DNA of 64,000 nt, from positions 2,924-66,923 of the forward strand of contig JAAZPQ010000050.1 in assembly GCA_012797175.1 (NCBI GenBank), given 5' to 3'. Both the position numbers and the translations under genes were made by a program. Shown here in pieces: positions 21,549 through 31,069 of the stretch (positions are counted from its first letter, which is position 1; each line of letters begins with the position of its first letter). Source of the stretch: Bacillota bacterium. GTDB lineage: Bacteria > Bacillota > Dethiobacteria > DTU022. Under the pieces are notes generated by a model that had not been told where the DNA came from, searched no databases, and was given only the letters and a program-made list of their open reading frames with translations.

Positions 21549-21884
21549 ATGAAGGTTAAACGGCTTAAAAAGAACTGGGAGTTTAAAAGAGTGTACCGGC
21601 GGGGCAAAGCGCTGGTATCAAAAAAGATTGTACTTTATGCCTATCCTAACGGGACCGAGCATAGCAGAATTGGGTTTTCCATTAGCAAGAAAGTCGGGAA
21701 GAGCGTTCAAAGGAACAGGATCAAAAGAGTTTACCGGGAAGCATTTTTAAGCCTTTACCATAAAATTAAACCGGGATATGATCTGGTTATAGTGGCCCGG
21801 AAAGAAGCAGTAGGGGTCTCTTTAAGACAGGCCCGGGAGGAGCTGTTTGTGTTGTGTCGAAGGGGAAAATTGCTTCAAAAGTAA
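21549..21884 (+). CDS. rnpA: RNase P protein component
   Basis: 111 aa basic protein; synteny after rpmH. Confidence 0.9.
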   Translation: MKVKRLKKNWEFKRVYRRGKALVSKKIVLYAYPNGTEHSRIGFSISKKVGKSVQRNRIKRVYREAFLSLYHKIKPGYDLVIVARKEAVGVSLRQAREELFVLCRRGKLLQK

Positions 21885-22114
21885 AGCAGCCGGAGAGGCA
21901 GATTGCAGCCAATATATGTCTGCTGGCGATTAAAACCTACCAGAAATACCTATCGCCGCTAAAGCCTCCTACCTGTAGATTTTATCCTTCTTGTTCGCAG
22001 TATTATTACGATGCTATAAAAAAATACGGGGCCGCCCGGGGAAGTGTGCTTGGGATCAGAAGAATCCTTAAATGCCATCCCTTTCATCCGGGCGGGTATG
22101 ACCCGGTGGACTGA
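21854..22114 (+). CDS. yidD: Membrane protein insertion efficiency factor YidD
   Basis: 86 aa; YQKYLSP...[10 protein letters not shown] motif. Confidence 0.85.
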   Translation: MSKGKIASKVKQPERQIAANICLLAIKTYQKYLSPLKPPTCRFYPSCSQYYYDAIKKYGAARGSVLGIRRILKCHPFHPGGYDPVD

Positions 22115-22146
22115 GGTTCGGCAAAGAAGTGTAGGAGGAAATTAAG

Positions 22147-22896
22147 ATGATCAACAGTATTGCACAATTTTTTGGGGTAATCCTTAGTGGTATCTATGCA
22201 GTAATACCCAACTTTGGAATAGCCATCATTATTTTCACCGTCTTGATTAAGTTGATTACCTTTCCCTTAAATCACAAGCAGCTTGAATCAAATAAAAAGA
22301 TGCAGGAGCTGAATCCGGAGATAAAGCGGATCCAGCAGAAGTATAAGAACGATAAAGAGAAGCAGAACCAGGCGGTGTTGGAATTTATGCAGAAAAACCA
22401 GATCAACCCGATGGCTGGCTGTCTTCCTCTCTTGATTCAGCTACCGATCATGTACGGAATCTTTCGTTTGCTCAGGGAAACGGGTGAATTTTTGGGAGAG
22501 ACGATTAACACTTTTTTGATACCATCGCTTCAGTTTATCAACTTGCAACTGTCTCCGGCCGAGTTTCAGGGTGATCCGCTTCAAAAAGTAATATTTTACC
22601 TGTTTCCGATTATCTCCGGCTTGACCACCTATCTTTACCAGAAAACAGCAATCACCGACCCTAGTCAAAAAATGATGCTCTACATGATGCCGGTGATGTT
22701 TGTTTTTTTCAGTTTCGGATTTCCAGCCGGTCTGATTATCTACTGGATTACAAACAACTGTTTAACTATGGGGCAGCATTATTTAGTAATCAATATGGAT
22801 AAGAAGAAAAGCGAAGAAAAAGCGCCGGTAGAGGTTACGAAAAAAACAAAAAAGAAAACAGCAAAAGTAAAAAAGGGAGAGAAGGGAGAGAAATGA
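22147..22896 (+). CDS. yidC: YidC/Oxa1-family membrane insertase (short Gram-positive form)
   Basis: 249 aa; multiple TM segments; Lys-rich C-terminus; synteny. Confidence 0.9.
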   Translation: MINSIAQFFGVILSGIYAVIPNFGIAIIIFTVLIKLITFPLNHKQLESNKKMQELNPEIKRIQQKYKNDKEKQNQAVLEFMQKNQINPMAGCLPLLIQLPIMYGIFRLLRETGEFLGETINTFLIPSLQFINLQLSPAEFQGDPLQKVIFYLFPIISGLTTYLYQKTAITDPSQKMMLYMMPVMFVFFSFGFPAGLIIYWITNNCLTMGQHYLVINMDKKKSEEKAPVEVTKKTKKKTAKVKKGEKGEK

Positions 22897-23513
22897 ACTC
22901 TATTGAAACAACAGGCCGTACCGTTGAAGAGGCTGTGGAAAAGGCGCTCTCCGTTCTCGGAGTCAGAGAGAACAATGCCGTAATCGAGGTGATAAGTGAA
23001 CCGGCTCAGGGTCTGTTCAGCTTTATCAGCTCGCGGGTGGCCCGGGTAAAGGTTAAACCCCGTTTTGAGCCAGCAGAATACCTCGAAAACTTTTTAAGGA
23101 ACATTATTGAAAGAATCGGCTTAAAGACAGAAATATCAGTAGAGGAAGATGATGACAAGCTTTATGCCTCGATCAGGGGAGAAAAAGTCGGTGTTTTGAT
23201 TGGACGACGGGGGAAGACTTTAAATGATCTGCAATACCTGGCCAACACGATCATGCGGCGCCAGTTCAGCCAGTTTAGAAAGATGATCATCATCGATGTG
23301 GAAAACTACCGCTCTCGTCGCGAACGAACTTTGACGCAGCTGGCTAAAAGTATTGCTCGTAAAGTTGATGCCGACGGGCGTGAGCAGATTCTCGAGCCGA
23401 TGACACCCCAGGAGAGACGGGTTATTCATCTCGCTTTACAGGATTATGCTGGGGTGGTGACCTACAGTAAAGGTGAGGAGCCTCACCGCAAGGTGGTTAT
23501 TGCCCCTCGATAA
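22893..23513 (+). CDS. jag: Jag/KhpB RNA-binding protein (KH + R3H)
   Basis: 206 aa; KH fold (VLIGRRGKTLNDLQYLAN) and R3H (ERRVIHLAL); follows yidC. Confidence 0.85.
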   Translation: MNSIETTGRTVEEAVEKALSVLGVRENNAVIEVISEPAQGLFSFISSRVARVKVKPRFEPAEYLENFLRNIIERIGLKTEISVEEDDDKLYASIRGEKVGVLIGRRGKTLNDLQYLANTIMRRQFSQFRKMIIIDVENYRSRRERTLTQLAKSIARKVDADGREQILEPMTPQERRVIHLALQDYAGVVTYSKGEEPHRKVVIAPR

Positions 23514-23527
23514 GAGAGCATCGATAT

Positions 23528-23557
23528 ACCGCTCCTCCTCGGGGGAGCGGTTTTTTA
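23528..23557 (+). terminator. Rho-independent terminator after jag
   Basis: ACCGCTCC..GGAGCGGT stem followed by TTTTTTAT. Confidence 0.6.
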
Positions 23558-23578
23558 TTTGGTAAGGGAGGTCTTCAT

Positions 23579-24970
23579 TTGACTGCCAGAGAGACTATTG
23601 CTGCAATCAGTACTCCCCTGGGGGAGGGCGGCATCGGTATTGTCCGCATTAGCGGTGAAGAAGCTTTTCGAATCGGTAAAAAAATATTCGTTCCTAAAAA
23701 AGATCCCACCCGTGATTATCCCAGGTCGCACTATCTTTATTATGGGCACATTTATTCTGAGCAGGGAGAGCTAATCGATGAAGTGCTGCTTACTTTTATG
23801 CGGGCACCACGAACCTATACCCGTGAGGATACTGTAGAGATAAACTGCCACAGCGGTATATTTACGCTGCGCCTTATTTTAAAAAGGGTTTTAGAAGCAG
23901 GGGCCAGGATGGCTCGTCCCGGTGAATTTACCAGAAGGGCATTTTTAAACGGCCGCATTGACCTCAGCCAGGCTGAAAGTATTTTAAAGATAATCCGGGC
24001 CCGCTCTGATGAAGCCGTGAAAATTGCCGCCTCCAATATGCAAGGACGGCTTTCTCAAGAAATAAGAGAAATTCGGGAGAGTATCCTCAATCTTCTAGCC
24101 CGGATAGAGGCTCAGCTTGATTTTCCGGAGGAGCTTGAGGAAGAAGAGACCGCTCTAGGAAGAGAGATCGAAAATGAACTGGGACGAATCAAAGAACTTC
24201 TGGAAAATATGGCCAGGGGGGCGGAAAGAGGCCGGGCTATGCAGGAAGGGCTGGTCAGCGCGATTGTGGGAAAACCTAACGCTGGCAAATCGTCCCTACT
24301 TAATGCATTGCTTAGAGAACAGCGAGCCATTGTTCATGAGGTTCCCGGAACAACGCGGGATCTTCTGGAAGGCTATCTAAACATACGCGGTTATCCTCTC
24401 TGTTTAATTGATACCGCGGGCATTCATCAAACTGACGATCCGGTAGAGCAGGCCGGGATTGCCAGGGCTAAAGGGGCCATTGCTGACGCCCGCCTCTTGA
24501 TTATTGTTCTGGACGGGTCAACTGCGTGGAGCACAGATGATGAGGCTATCGCTTCGCTAATTCAACCAGGGCAGCTTGTTGTGGTCGTCATTAACAAGAA
24601 AGATCTGGTTCAAAAGATCTCCATGGACGAAGTTACCAGGAGATTCCCGGGTTATCCAGTAGTCCGGACGTCGGCAATAAACAACCAGGGCATTGAACAG
24701 CTTGAGGAGATCATTGAAAAAATACTGGATCAGAACCTGGGAACAATCGCTGGTGAAACCCCGGTCATGGTTAACCTGAGGCACGCTCGGATTGTGCAGG
24801 AGGCCTGTGAGCAGATCGGCGAGGCGCTGCAAGCAGCTGTCACCCAGCCCCTCGAGCTGGCCACTATTGGCCTGAGAGAGGCCTGGGTGAAATTGGGTGA
24901 AATTACCGGGGAGACCGCCTCTGATGAGCTGCTCGAGAGGGTTTTTAGTGAATTTTGTATTGGTAAATAA
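23579..24970 (+). CDS. mnmE: tRNA modification GTPase MnmE (TTG start)
   Basis: 463 aa; G domain GKPNAGKSSLLNAL, DTAG; C-terminal CIGK; AAGGGAGG RBS. Confidence 0.9.
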   Translation: MTARETIAAISTPLGEGGIGIVRISGEEAFRIGKKIFVPKKDPTRDYPRSHYLYYGHIYSEQGELIDEVLLTFMRAPRTYTREDTVEINCHSGIFTLRLILKRVLEAGARMARPGEFTRRAFLNGRIDLSQAESILKIIRARSDEAVKIAASNMQGRLSQEIREIRESILNLLARIEAQLDFPEELEEEETALGREIENELGRIKELLENMARGAERGRAMQEGLVSAIVGKPNAGKSSLLNALLREQRAIVHEVPGTTRDLLEGYLNIRGYPLCLIDTAGIHQTDDPVEQAGIARAKGAIADARLLIIVLDGSTAWSTDDEAIASLIQPGQLVVVVINKKDLVQKISMDEVTRRFPGYPVVRTSAINNQGIEQLEEIIEKILDQNLGTIAGETPVMVNLRHARIVQEACEQIGEALQAAVTQPLELATIGLREAWVKLGEITGETASDELLERVFSEFCIGK

Positions 24971-24997
24971 TGGTTAATAGGTTCAGGGAGGACTTAC

Positions 24998-25717
24998 ATG
25001 GAGAAACCGGAAGAATCTCTGGAGAAGGTCACCGACGGATTAGGTTTGGAGATAAGCAAGTCTCAAAAAGAACAGCTTTTATGGTATATTCATTTGTTGT
25101 TAGAAGGATTAAACAGGCAACGCCTGGTTGGGGAGAAAAGCGGAGCAGCCCTAATTGAAAAGCATCTCTATGACTCTCTTTATCCGCTGAAGATATGGAG
25201 CTTTCCCCCTGGCTGCTTGCTGGATCTGGGAACGGGAGCGGGTTTGCCGGGGATACCTTTAAAGATCTGTCTTCCCAAATTAAAATTATATTTAGTTGAC
25301 GCCAACCGGCGGAAAATTAATTTCTTAAGACGTGTTGCTGCCGAACTAGCTCTTAGCGAAACCTATTTATTACCGGGTAGAGCTGAGAAATGGGGCCGGG
25401 ACCCCATCTATCGCGAAAAATTTAACTGCCTGGTCAGCCGCGCGGTGGCCCGAGCTGTTATTTTAGTGGAACTGGCCCTGCCACTGGTGAAAATAGGGGG
25501 AGATCTACTTATGTACAAAGGGAAAAATGGCTTAAATGAGATTGAAGAAGCCAGGACTGCAATCCGCCTCTGCGGGGGGCAAATGGAAAAATACTGGCAT
25601 TATTACCTTCCTACCGGAGAAGAGAGAACCCTTTTCTTAATCAAAAAAACAGGACCGACTCCGGAAGCCTATCCCCGGCGGATTGGCAAACCAGCTCAAA
25701 AGCCACTGGGACTGTAA
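24998..25717 (+). CDS. rsmG: 16S rRNA m7G527 methyltransferase RsmG (GidB)
   Basis: 239 aa; SAM motif LDLGTGAGLPGIPL. Confidence 0.85.
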   Translation: MEKPEESLEKVTDGLGLEISKSQKEQLLWYIHLLLEGLNRQRLVGEKSGAALIEKHLYDSLYPLKIWSFPPGCLLDLGTGAGLPGIPLKICLPKLKLYLVDANRRKINFLRRVAAELALSETYLLPGRAEKWGRDPIYREKFNCLVSRAVARAVILVELALPLVKIGGDLLMYKGKNGLNEIEEARTAIRLCGGQMEKYWHYYLPTGEERTLFLIKKTGPTPEAYPRRIGKPAQKPLGL

Positions 25718-25796
25718 TTTAAATTTCCTTTTTGAAGGAATGCATCCGCAGTTGTCTAATAAGTTCCATGAGTATGCATTTGAGGCGGGTGAATAG

Positions 25797-26636
25797 ATGA
25801 AGGATGACCGGTTAAAAAAAATTCCATTCCTGGAAGGGGAACCGGGCAAGGATAAGGTTATCAAGGTGAAGATAGAGGCACTTCAACCAAATCCCTACCA
25901 ACCAAGACAAAGTTTTCCAGAAGAAAAGATTAATGAGCTCAAGCAATCAATTAGAACATATGGGTTGTTACATCCAATAATTGTCCGCCGTTTCGGAAGA
26001 GTATACCAAATTGTGGCTGGAGAGCGCCGGGTGATGGCCTGCCGGGATCTAGGTTGGCAAACGATACCGGCTATTGTCAAGGAGATTAACGACAGCGCGA
26101 TGGCGGCGATGGCCCTAATCGAAAATTTACAGCGGGAAAATCTAAATTATCTTGATGAAGCAGCAGGTTATGCCAGGCTAATTGAATCTTTTAACCTAAC
26201 TCAGGAAGTGCTGGCCCAGAGGCTTGGTAAAAGCCAGTCTACCATTGCCAACAAGATGAGATTGCTTAAACTTCCAGATGAAGTTAAAGATCTGCTGGTA
26301 AAAGAGCAGCTTACGGAGAGACATGCCCGGGCTTTGTTAAAACTTGAATCAGAAGAGCAACAGTTGAAGATGGTTCAAGAGATTATTCAGGAGGGCCTTA
26401 CTGTCAGTGATACTGAAAGAAGAATCGCCCAGCTAAACGAGCCAAGCAAGAAGAAAAAAGATAAGCGGCCGCGTAAAGGCGTGGTCCGGGATGTCCGTAT
26501 ATTTTTAAACACAATTCGCCAAGCGGTCAAGATAATTGAAGACTCTGGCCTACATCCTGAAGTAGAGGAGAAGGCGGAAGCTGATTTTATTGAAGTAACA
26601 ATTCGCCTTAACAAGAGTAGTGCCTCTCCACAATAG
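25797..26636 (+). CDS. noc: ParB-family nucleoid occlusion protein Noc
   Basis: 279 aa; ParB N-terminal GERR motif (IVAGERRVMA) and HTH; first of two ParB paralogs upstream of soj. Confidence 0.75.
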   Translation: MKDDRLKKIPFLEGEPGKDKVIKVKIEALQPNPYQPRQSFPEEKINELKQSIRTYGLLHPIIVRRFGRVYQIVAGERRVMACRDLGWQTIPAIVKEINDSAMAAMALIENLQRENLNYLDEAAGYARLIESFNLTQEVLAQRLGKSQSTIANKMRLLKLPDEVKDLLVKEQLTERHARALLKLESEEQQLKMVQEIIQEGLTVSDTERRIAQLNEPSKKKKDKRPRKGVVRDVRIFLNTIRQAVKIIEDSGLHPEVEEKAEADFIEVTIRLNKSSASPQ

Positions 26637-26689
26637 CGGAGAGACGGCTAACAATTTAGTAAATTTTAAAGTAAAAAGGGAGAGGAAAA

Positions 26690-27448
26690 ATGGCGCGGAT
26701 TATAGCCATCGCCAACCAAAAAGGCGGTGTCGGAAAAACTACAACCGCGGTGAACTTAAGCGCTGCCATGGCCCAGTTGGGAGAGAGAGTTTTACTGCTG
26801 GATATTGATCCCCAGGGTAACACTACCAGCGGGATAGGCTTCTCCAAGAAAGAGATAAAGCTCTGTATTTACGATGCCTTGATTAACGGATTGCCCCTGG
26901 AGCGAATTATTCTAGCCTCTCGCTGGAAGAATTTATTTGTGGTTCCGGCAACGATTCAGCTGGCCGGTGCAGAGATAGAGCTGGTTCCAACGGTTTCGCG
27001 TGAAGTAAAATTAAAAGAGGCGCTTGCCCCGGTCGCAGAAGACTACTCCATCATTATTATCGATTGCCCCCCTTCTTTGGGCCTGTTGACCTTAAACGCC
27101 CTTACAGCAGCCAGCGGAGTTTTAATACCGATTCAGTGCGAGTATTATGCCCTGGAAGGGTTAGGTCAACTGATGAATACAATTTCACTTGTCCGTAAGC
27201 ACCTTAATCAATCACTACAGATTGAAGGCGTTGTCCTGACCATGTATGATTCACGGACCAACCTTTCCGAACAGGTTGTGGAAGAGGTTAGAGGGTATTT
27301 TCAAGAAAGGGTTTACCGGACCATTATTCCTCGAAATGTGCGGCTCAGTGAAGCGCCGAGCCATGGTTTACATATTTTCGAGTATGATCCTCGCAGCAAG
27401 GGAGCAGAAGTTTACCTGGCTCTGGCCAGGGAGGTGACCGGGCGGTGA
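26690..27448 (+). CDS. soj: ParA/Soj chromosome partitioning ATPase
   Basis: 252 aa; deviant Walker A KGGVGKTTT. Confidence 0.9.
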   Translation: MARIIAIANQKGGVGKTTTAVNLSAAMAQLGERVLLLDIDPQGNTTSGIGFSKKEIKLCIYDALINGLPLERIILASRWKNLFVVPATIQLAGAEIELVPTVSREVKLKEALAPVAEDYSIIIIDCPPSLGLLTLNALTAASGVLIPIQCEYYALEGLGQLMNTISLVRKHLNQSLQIEGVVLTMYDSRTNLSEQVVEEVRGYFQERVYRTIIPRNVRLSEAPSHGLHIFEYDPRSKGAEVYLALAREVTGR

Positions 27449-28308
27449 GTGAAAAAAGAAGACTTGGCCGGGGGTTGGGGGCGCTAATCAACGAAGCATT
27501 GACCGATGCCGAGGATATTGTAGAGATACCCTTGAACCAGATTAAACCAAATCCTTTTCAACCCCGTATCTCCTTTAACTCAACGAAGCTGCAGGAGCTG
27601 GCTGATTCAATCAAGGAACATGGCGTAGTCCAAGCGGTAATCGTCGCTCCGGATGAAGAAGAAGGTTACCACCTGGTCGCCGGTGAGAGACGCTGCCGGG
27701 CTGCCAGGATAGCCGGCTTAACCAGGATACCGGCCCTGGTCCGTGACTTAGACGAGAAAGCGATGCTCGAGATTGCCCTGATCGAGAATCTACAAAGAGA
27801 AGATTTGAACCCTATTGAAGAAGCGTCTGCCTATCGCCGGTTGATGGATGAATTTGAGTTGACTCAGGAGGAGCTCGGGCGGCGCCTGGGGAAAAGTCGC
27901 TCGGCAATTGCCAATACGGTACGCCTGCTTTCACTGTCAAAATGGGTTCAAGAGGCCATCGTTAGAGGTGAGCTTAACACTGGACAAGCCCGGCCCTTGC
28001 TGGCCATAACGGATCCTGTCCGGCAAGAAGAGCTGGCTAGAAAGATCATAGAGGGGAAGATGACCGCCCGGGAAGCAGAGAAACTAGCCAGCAAGGCTGG
28101 AGGAGACAAAAAAAGGCGTCGCAGCAAAACAGAGCCTGAGGCCACAGATCCACTTTTAAAAGAGTTGCAGAATGGATTACAGCGGCACCTGGGAACCAAA
28201 GTTAAGATATACCGCCGCAAGAGCGGCGGTTCGATCGAGATCTCCTTTTACGGGGATGACGACCTCGAACGACTTGTCGCCTTATTGATGCCCGGAGGGC
28301 TCCGGTAA
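27445..28308 (+). CDS. spo0J: ParB/Spo0J chromosome partitioning protein
   Basis: 287 aa; RLGRGLGALI N-terminus; GERRCRAA box; HTH. Confidence 0.9.
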   Translation: MSEKRRLGRGLGALINEALTDAEDIVEIPLNQIKPNPFQPRISFNSTKLQELADSIKEHGVVQAVIVAPDEEEGYHLVAGERRCRAARIAGLTRIPALVRDLDEKAMLEIALIENLQREDLNPIEEASAYRRLMDEFELTQEELGRRLGKSRSAIANTVRLLSLSKWVQEAIVRGELNTGQARPLLAITDPVRQEELARKIIEGKMTAREAEKLASKAGGDKKRRRSKTEPEATDPLLKELQNGLQRHLGTKVKIYRRKSGGSIEISFYGDDDLERLVALLMPGGLR

Positions 28309-28312
28309 AGGA

Positions 28313-28360
28313 TGTTTCACATGAAACAAAATGGCGCCTTGCTTCGTTTCACATGAAACA
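28313..28360. promoter_or_regulatory. Two tandem parS-like sites (TGTTTCACATGAAACA and CGTTTCACATGAAACA), 32 bp centre to centre
   Basis: 28313..28328 matches the parS consensus TGTTNCACGTGAAACA with one central mismatch (A for G); 28345..28360 has the same core with T1->C; the first is 5 nt after the parB stop. Confidence 0.6.
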
Positions 28361-28425
28361 AGTAAAAAAAGGAGAAAGGACAATTAAGGCGAACTAGCAT
28401 TATTAAATTTTCTTAACAACCAACT

Positions 28426-28971
28426 TTGAAAGGCGTTGAGATTAGCTTGCCGGCTTGGGAACAATTTAATCTATGGGTTTTCGCCCATCTCGATTCTTTT
28501 ATTTTGCTTGTTGGGGCCCTATTATTGGGCTGCTTTATCCTTTCAATAGCAGCGCTGAGGACGGCGCTGCTATTGAAAAAACGCTATCAGGGGCTCATGA
28601 TGGGCCGGGAGGGGGTGGACCTGGAAGAGCTGCTGAGCTATCACAGGGAATTGTTGGAAGAGGGAATCCGCGGCCGGAAGAAAATTGAGGCCCGGTTAAA
28701 AGAGGTCGAAGAGCAACTGCTGCTTGCAGTAACCGGTGTGGGACTGGTTCGCTATAACGCTTTCCGGGAAACCGGCAGCGATCTTAGCTTCTCCCTGGCT
28801 TTACTTGATCGTAACCTGAACGGGGTTATCTTAACCAGTCTTTTCGGTCGGGAAGAGAGCAGGTGTTATGGGAAGCCTGTGAAGCAAGGGCAGTCGAGCC
28901 ATTATCTCAGCGATGAGGAGAACCAGGCTCTTGAAGAAGCCAGGCGCCAGATAAATGCCCGGAGGCGGTAA
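28426..28971 (+). CDS. DUF4446-family membrane protein (start uncertain, TTG 28426 or 28447)
   Basis: 181 aa; one N-terminal TM; charged coiled-coil-like middle; family commonly found next to spo0J in Firmicutes. Confidence 0.55.
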   Translation: MKGVEISLPAWEQFNLWVFAHLDSFILLVGALLLGCFILSIAALRTALLLKKRYQGLMMGREGVDLEELLSYHRELLEEGIRGRKKIEARLKEVEEQLLLAVTGVGLVRYNAFRETGSDLSFSLALLDRNLNGVILTSLFGREESRCYGKPVKQGQSSHYLSDEENQALEEARRQINARRR

Positions 28972-28992
28972 CCTCAATCGAAAGTAGGGGAT

Positions 28993-29898
28993 GTGGTGAA
29001 AAGAAAAAACCGCTACTTCACAATTATGATTGTGCCTCATTCAGAGGAGTCTACATATAGCATTCGTGTACCTCTTTTTGTCGGTCAATTACTTGTCGTT
29101 CTTTTCGTGATCGGGCTGGCTGCTTTTTTAATTCTTGCTTACACCTATAACCATCTCCTCTCAGAGGCAGAAGAGGTGCGCATACTACGGCAGGTTAACC
29201 AGGCCCAGCAAGATGAAATTAATTCTTTTGCTCATGAGACCCAGCAGTTGCTCAAGCGAATGCAGGAGATTGAAGACCTGGCGGAGCTAGTAGCCGACAG
29301 GCTGGGTCTTAGCCCCGGAGAAGGGGAAACCGGCTCTCAGGGAGGGGCACTTTCTGATGAGAGGCGACAATATGCTTCACGTTCAGACGAAGATCGGGTA
29401 TTAGACCGCGCCGCCAATAATCTAGCTGTGTTGCAGAACTTAATTCCGGAAAGGGCCGATACCCTGGAAACCTTGAAAGGGGAAGTGGACGAATATAACC
29501 GTCGTCTGGCGGCGACCCCTTCGATTTGGCCGTGCCGAGGACGGGTTACTTCAGGGTTTGGGATGCGCCGTTCTCCATTCGGCCGGGGCATAAGTAAGTT
29601 TCACCATGGTGTCGATATCGCGTCCTCCCACGGCACCCCGATTTACGCTACCGCAGACGGACAGGTCTCTTTTGCAGGATATCGCAGGGGTTATGGCAAC
29701 CTGGTCATTATTCGGCATGGCTATGGATTTCAGACCTGTTACGCTCATCTCTCCGGCTTCGCTGTTTCATCGGGGCAGTGGGTAAAAAGAGGCCGGGTGA
29801 TCGGCCATATGGGTCGAACAGGGACAGCTACGGGAGTTCATCTCCACTACGAAGTTCATGTTAACGGGGTGGCGGTAAACCCGGCGCGATATATGTAA
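28993..29898 (+). CDS. M23-family peptidoglycan DD-metalloendopeptidase, membrane-anchored with coiled coil
   Basis: 301 aa; N-terminal TM; coiled coil; intact LytM motifs HHGVD and HLHYEVH. Confidence 0.8.
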   Translation: MVKRKNRYFTIMIVPHSEESTYSIRVPLFVGQLLVVLFVIGLAAFLILAYTYNHLLSEAEEVRILRQVNQAQQDEINSFAHETQQLLKRMQEIEDLAELVADRLGLSPGEGETGSQGGALSDERRQYASRSDEDRVLDRAANNLAVLQNLIPERADTLETLKGEVDEYNRRLAATPSIWPCRGRVTSGFGMRRSPFGRGISKFHHGVDIASSHGTPIYATADGQVSFAGYRRGYGNLVIIRHGYGFQTCYAHLSGFAVSSGQWVKRGRVIGHMGRTGTATGVHLHYEVHVNGVAVNPARYM

Positions 29899-29922
29899 AT
29901 AATTTAAGGAGATGACCGAAAT

Positions 29923-30348
29923 ATGTTTAAAAAAAGACCCATGGAATCACCTCCGGGTAAGGTAAACACAGTTATTGGTAAAGATACCTGTTTCAAGGGG
30001 TCGATTAAGACTAACGGCCTGATCAGAATTGATGGAGAGATGGAAGGCGATATTATTACCCAGGGCGATGTGGTCATTGGCGAAAGCGGAAAAGTGCAGA
30101 TAGAATTGAAAGCGCGTCATGTCGCCATCGCCGGTCGGTTCGAGGGCAGTCTCGAGGCGGATGGTAAACTGGAAATTAAAAGTAGCGGCATCGTTATTGG
30201 CAGTATAAAAACAAACGGCTTGCTGGTCGATGACGGGGCCGTCTTCTCTGGAAACATGGAAATGAGCCGTAAAGATCAAATGGTGAAGCCATTACTGAGA
30301 GGGGGGGCTGTAGCAGAGTCTGCAACCAAAGAGAAAACCAACCCTTAA
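29923..30348 (+). CDS. Bactofilin (DUF583 polymer-forming cytoskeletal protein)
   Basis: 141 aa; beta-helical repeat pattern (VIGKDTCFKGSIKTNGLIRIDGEMEGDI...). Confidence 0.8.
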   Translation: MFKKRPMESPPGKVNTVIGKDTCFKGSIKTNGLIRIDGEMEGDIITQGDVVIGESGKVQIELKARHVAIAGRFEGSLEADGKLEIKSSGIVIGSIKTNGLLVDDGAVFSGNMEMSRKDQMVKPLLRGGAVAESATKEKTNP

Positions 30349-30377
30349 AATTTCTAAAAGGCCGGGCCCCATCGTTT

Positions 30378-30968
30378 CTAAGTTTGATTGAGGGCTCTCT
30401 GGAGACCGTGAGCGATGACCATGGCAATCTCCAGCACATGAAAAAGGCGGGTGCTTTGAAGGACCATTTGTTCCATAAAGCCGCCAAGGTTGACGATGCC
30501 GCTTAAGTAGATATGGCCCACTGGCGGCAGCTTTTTGTTAACACCGGCTCCGGGTATGAGCGGCCCTTTTCCTACCTCAACTAACCCCACGCTGCCTGGC
30601 TTGCCTAGGGAAGCATCGACGGCGATTACCAGGGGTTTGGCTGTACTTTTTTCCAGATCGGTGATATATTTTTCCAGGTTCAGGGCATGGACGGGATCGG
30701 CCAGCGTCCCCCAGATTGTCGTTCGGGGGGGCGGCAGCTGTTTCAGGTAGGCGCCGACCAGTGGTCCCAGCGAATCTCCGGTAGAGCGATCCGAACCGAT
30801 GCAGATAACCAGGCGCTGCTTTTCCCGAGAATATTCTTGTAGAGGATCGATTATGTTTATAAGGGAGCCGGCAATCTTATCCACTGCTTTAAGGTCTTTA
30901 CAGTTCACACGCAACACGGTTCCGGGCTGCCGTTTTATTTGAGGAGGCGTCGCTAGAAGGTCGGCCAT
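30378..30968 (-). CDS. yyaC: Spore protease YyaC family (DUF1256)
   Basis: 196 aa; conserved ICIGSDRSTGDSLGPLVG motif; known synteny with soj/spo0J in Bacillus. Confidence 0.75.
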   Translation of the reverse strand: MADLLATPPQIKRQPGTVLRVNCKDLKAVDKIAGSLINIIDPLQEYSREKQRLVICIGSDRSTGDSLGPLVGAYLKQLPPPRTTIWGTLADPVHALNLEKYITDLEKSTAKPLVIAVDASLGKPGSVGLVEVGKGPLIPGAGVNKKLPPVGHIYLSGIVNLGGFMEQMVLQSTRLFHVLEIAMVIAHGLQRALNQT

Positions 30969-31069
30969 CGGTGCCCTCCCTCGAAGGTGATGGTACCTTA
31001 GTTATATTAAAAGTTCATTTTAAATATGTATGAGAGAACCTGGATCAGTTTAAGGAAAGAGACTAAAAC

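Noticed and set aside
28321-28356. 12-codon mini-ORF MKQNGALLRFT between parB and the DUF4446 gene
   Set aside because: It is created by the parS palindromes themselves (ATGAAACA), with no RBS.
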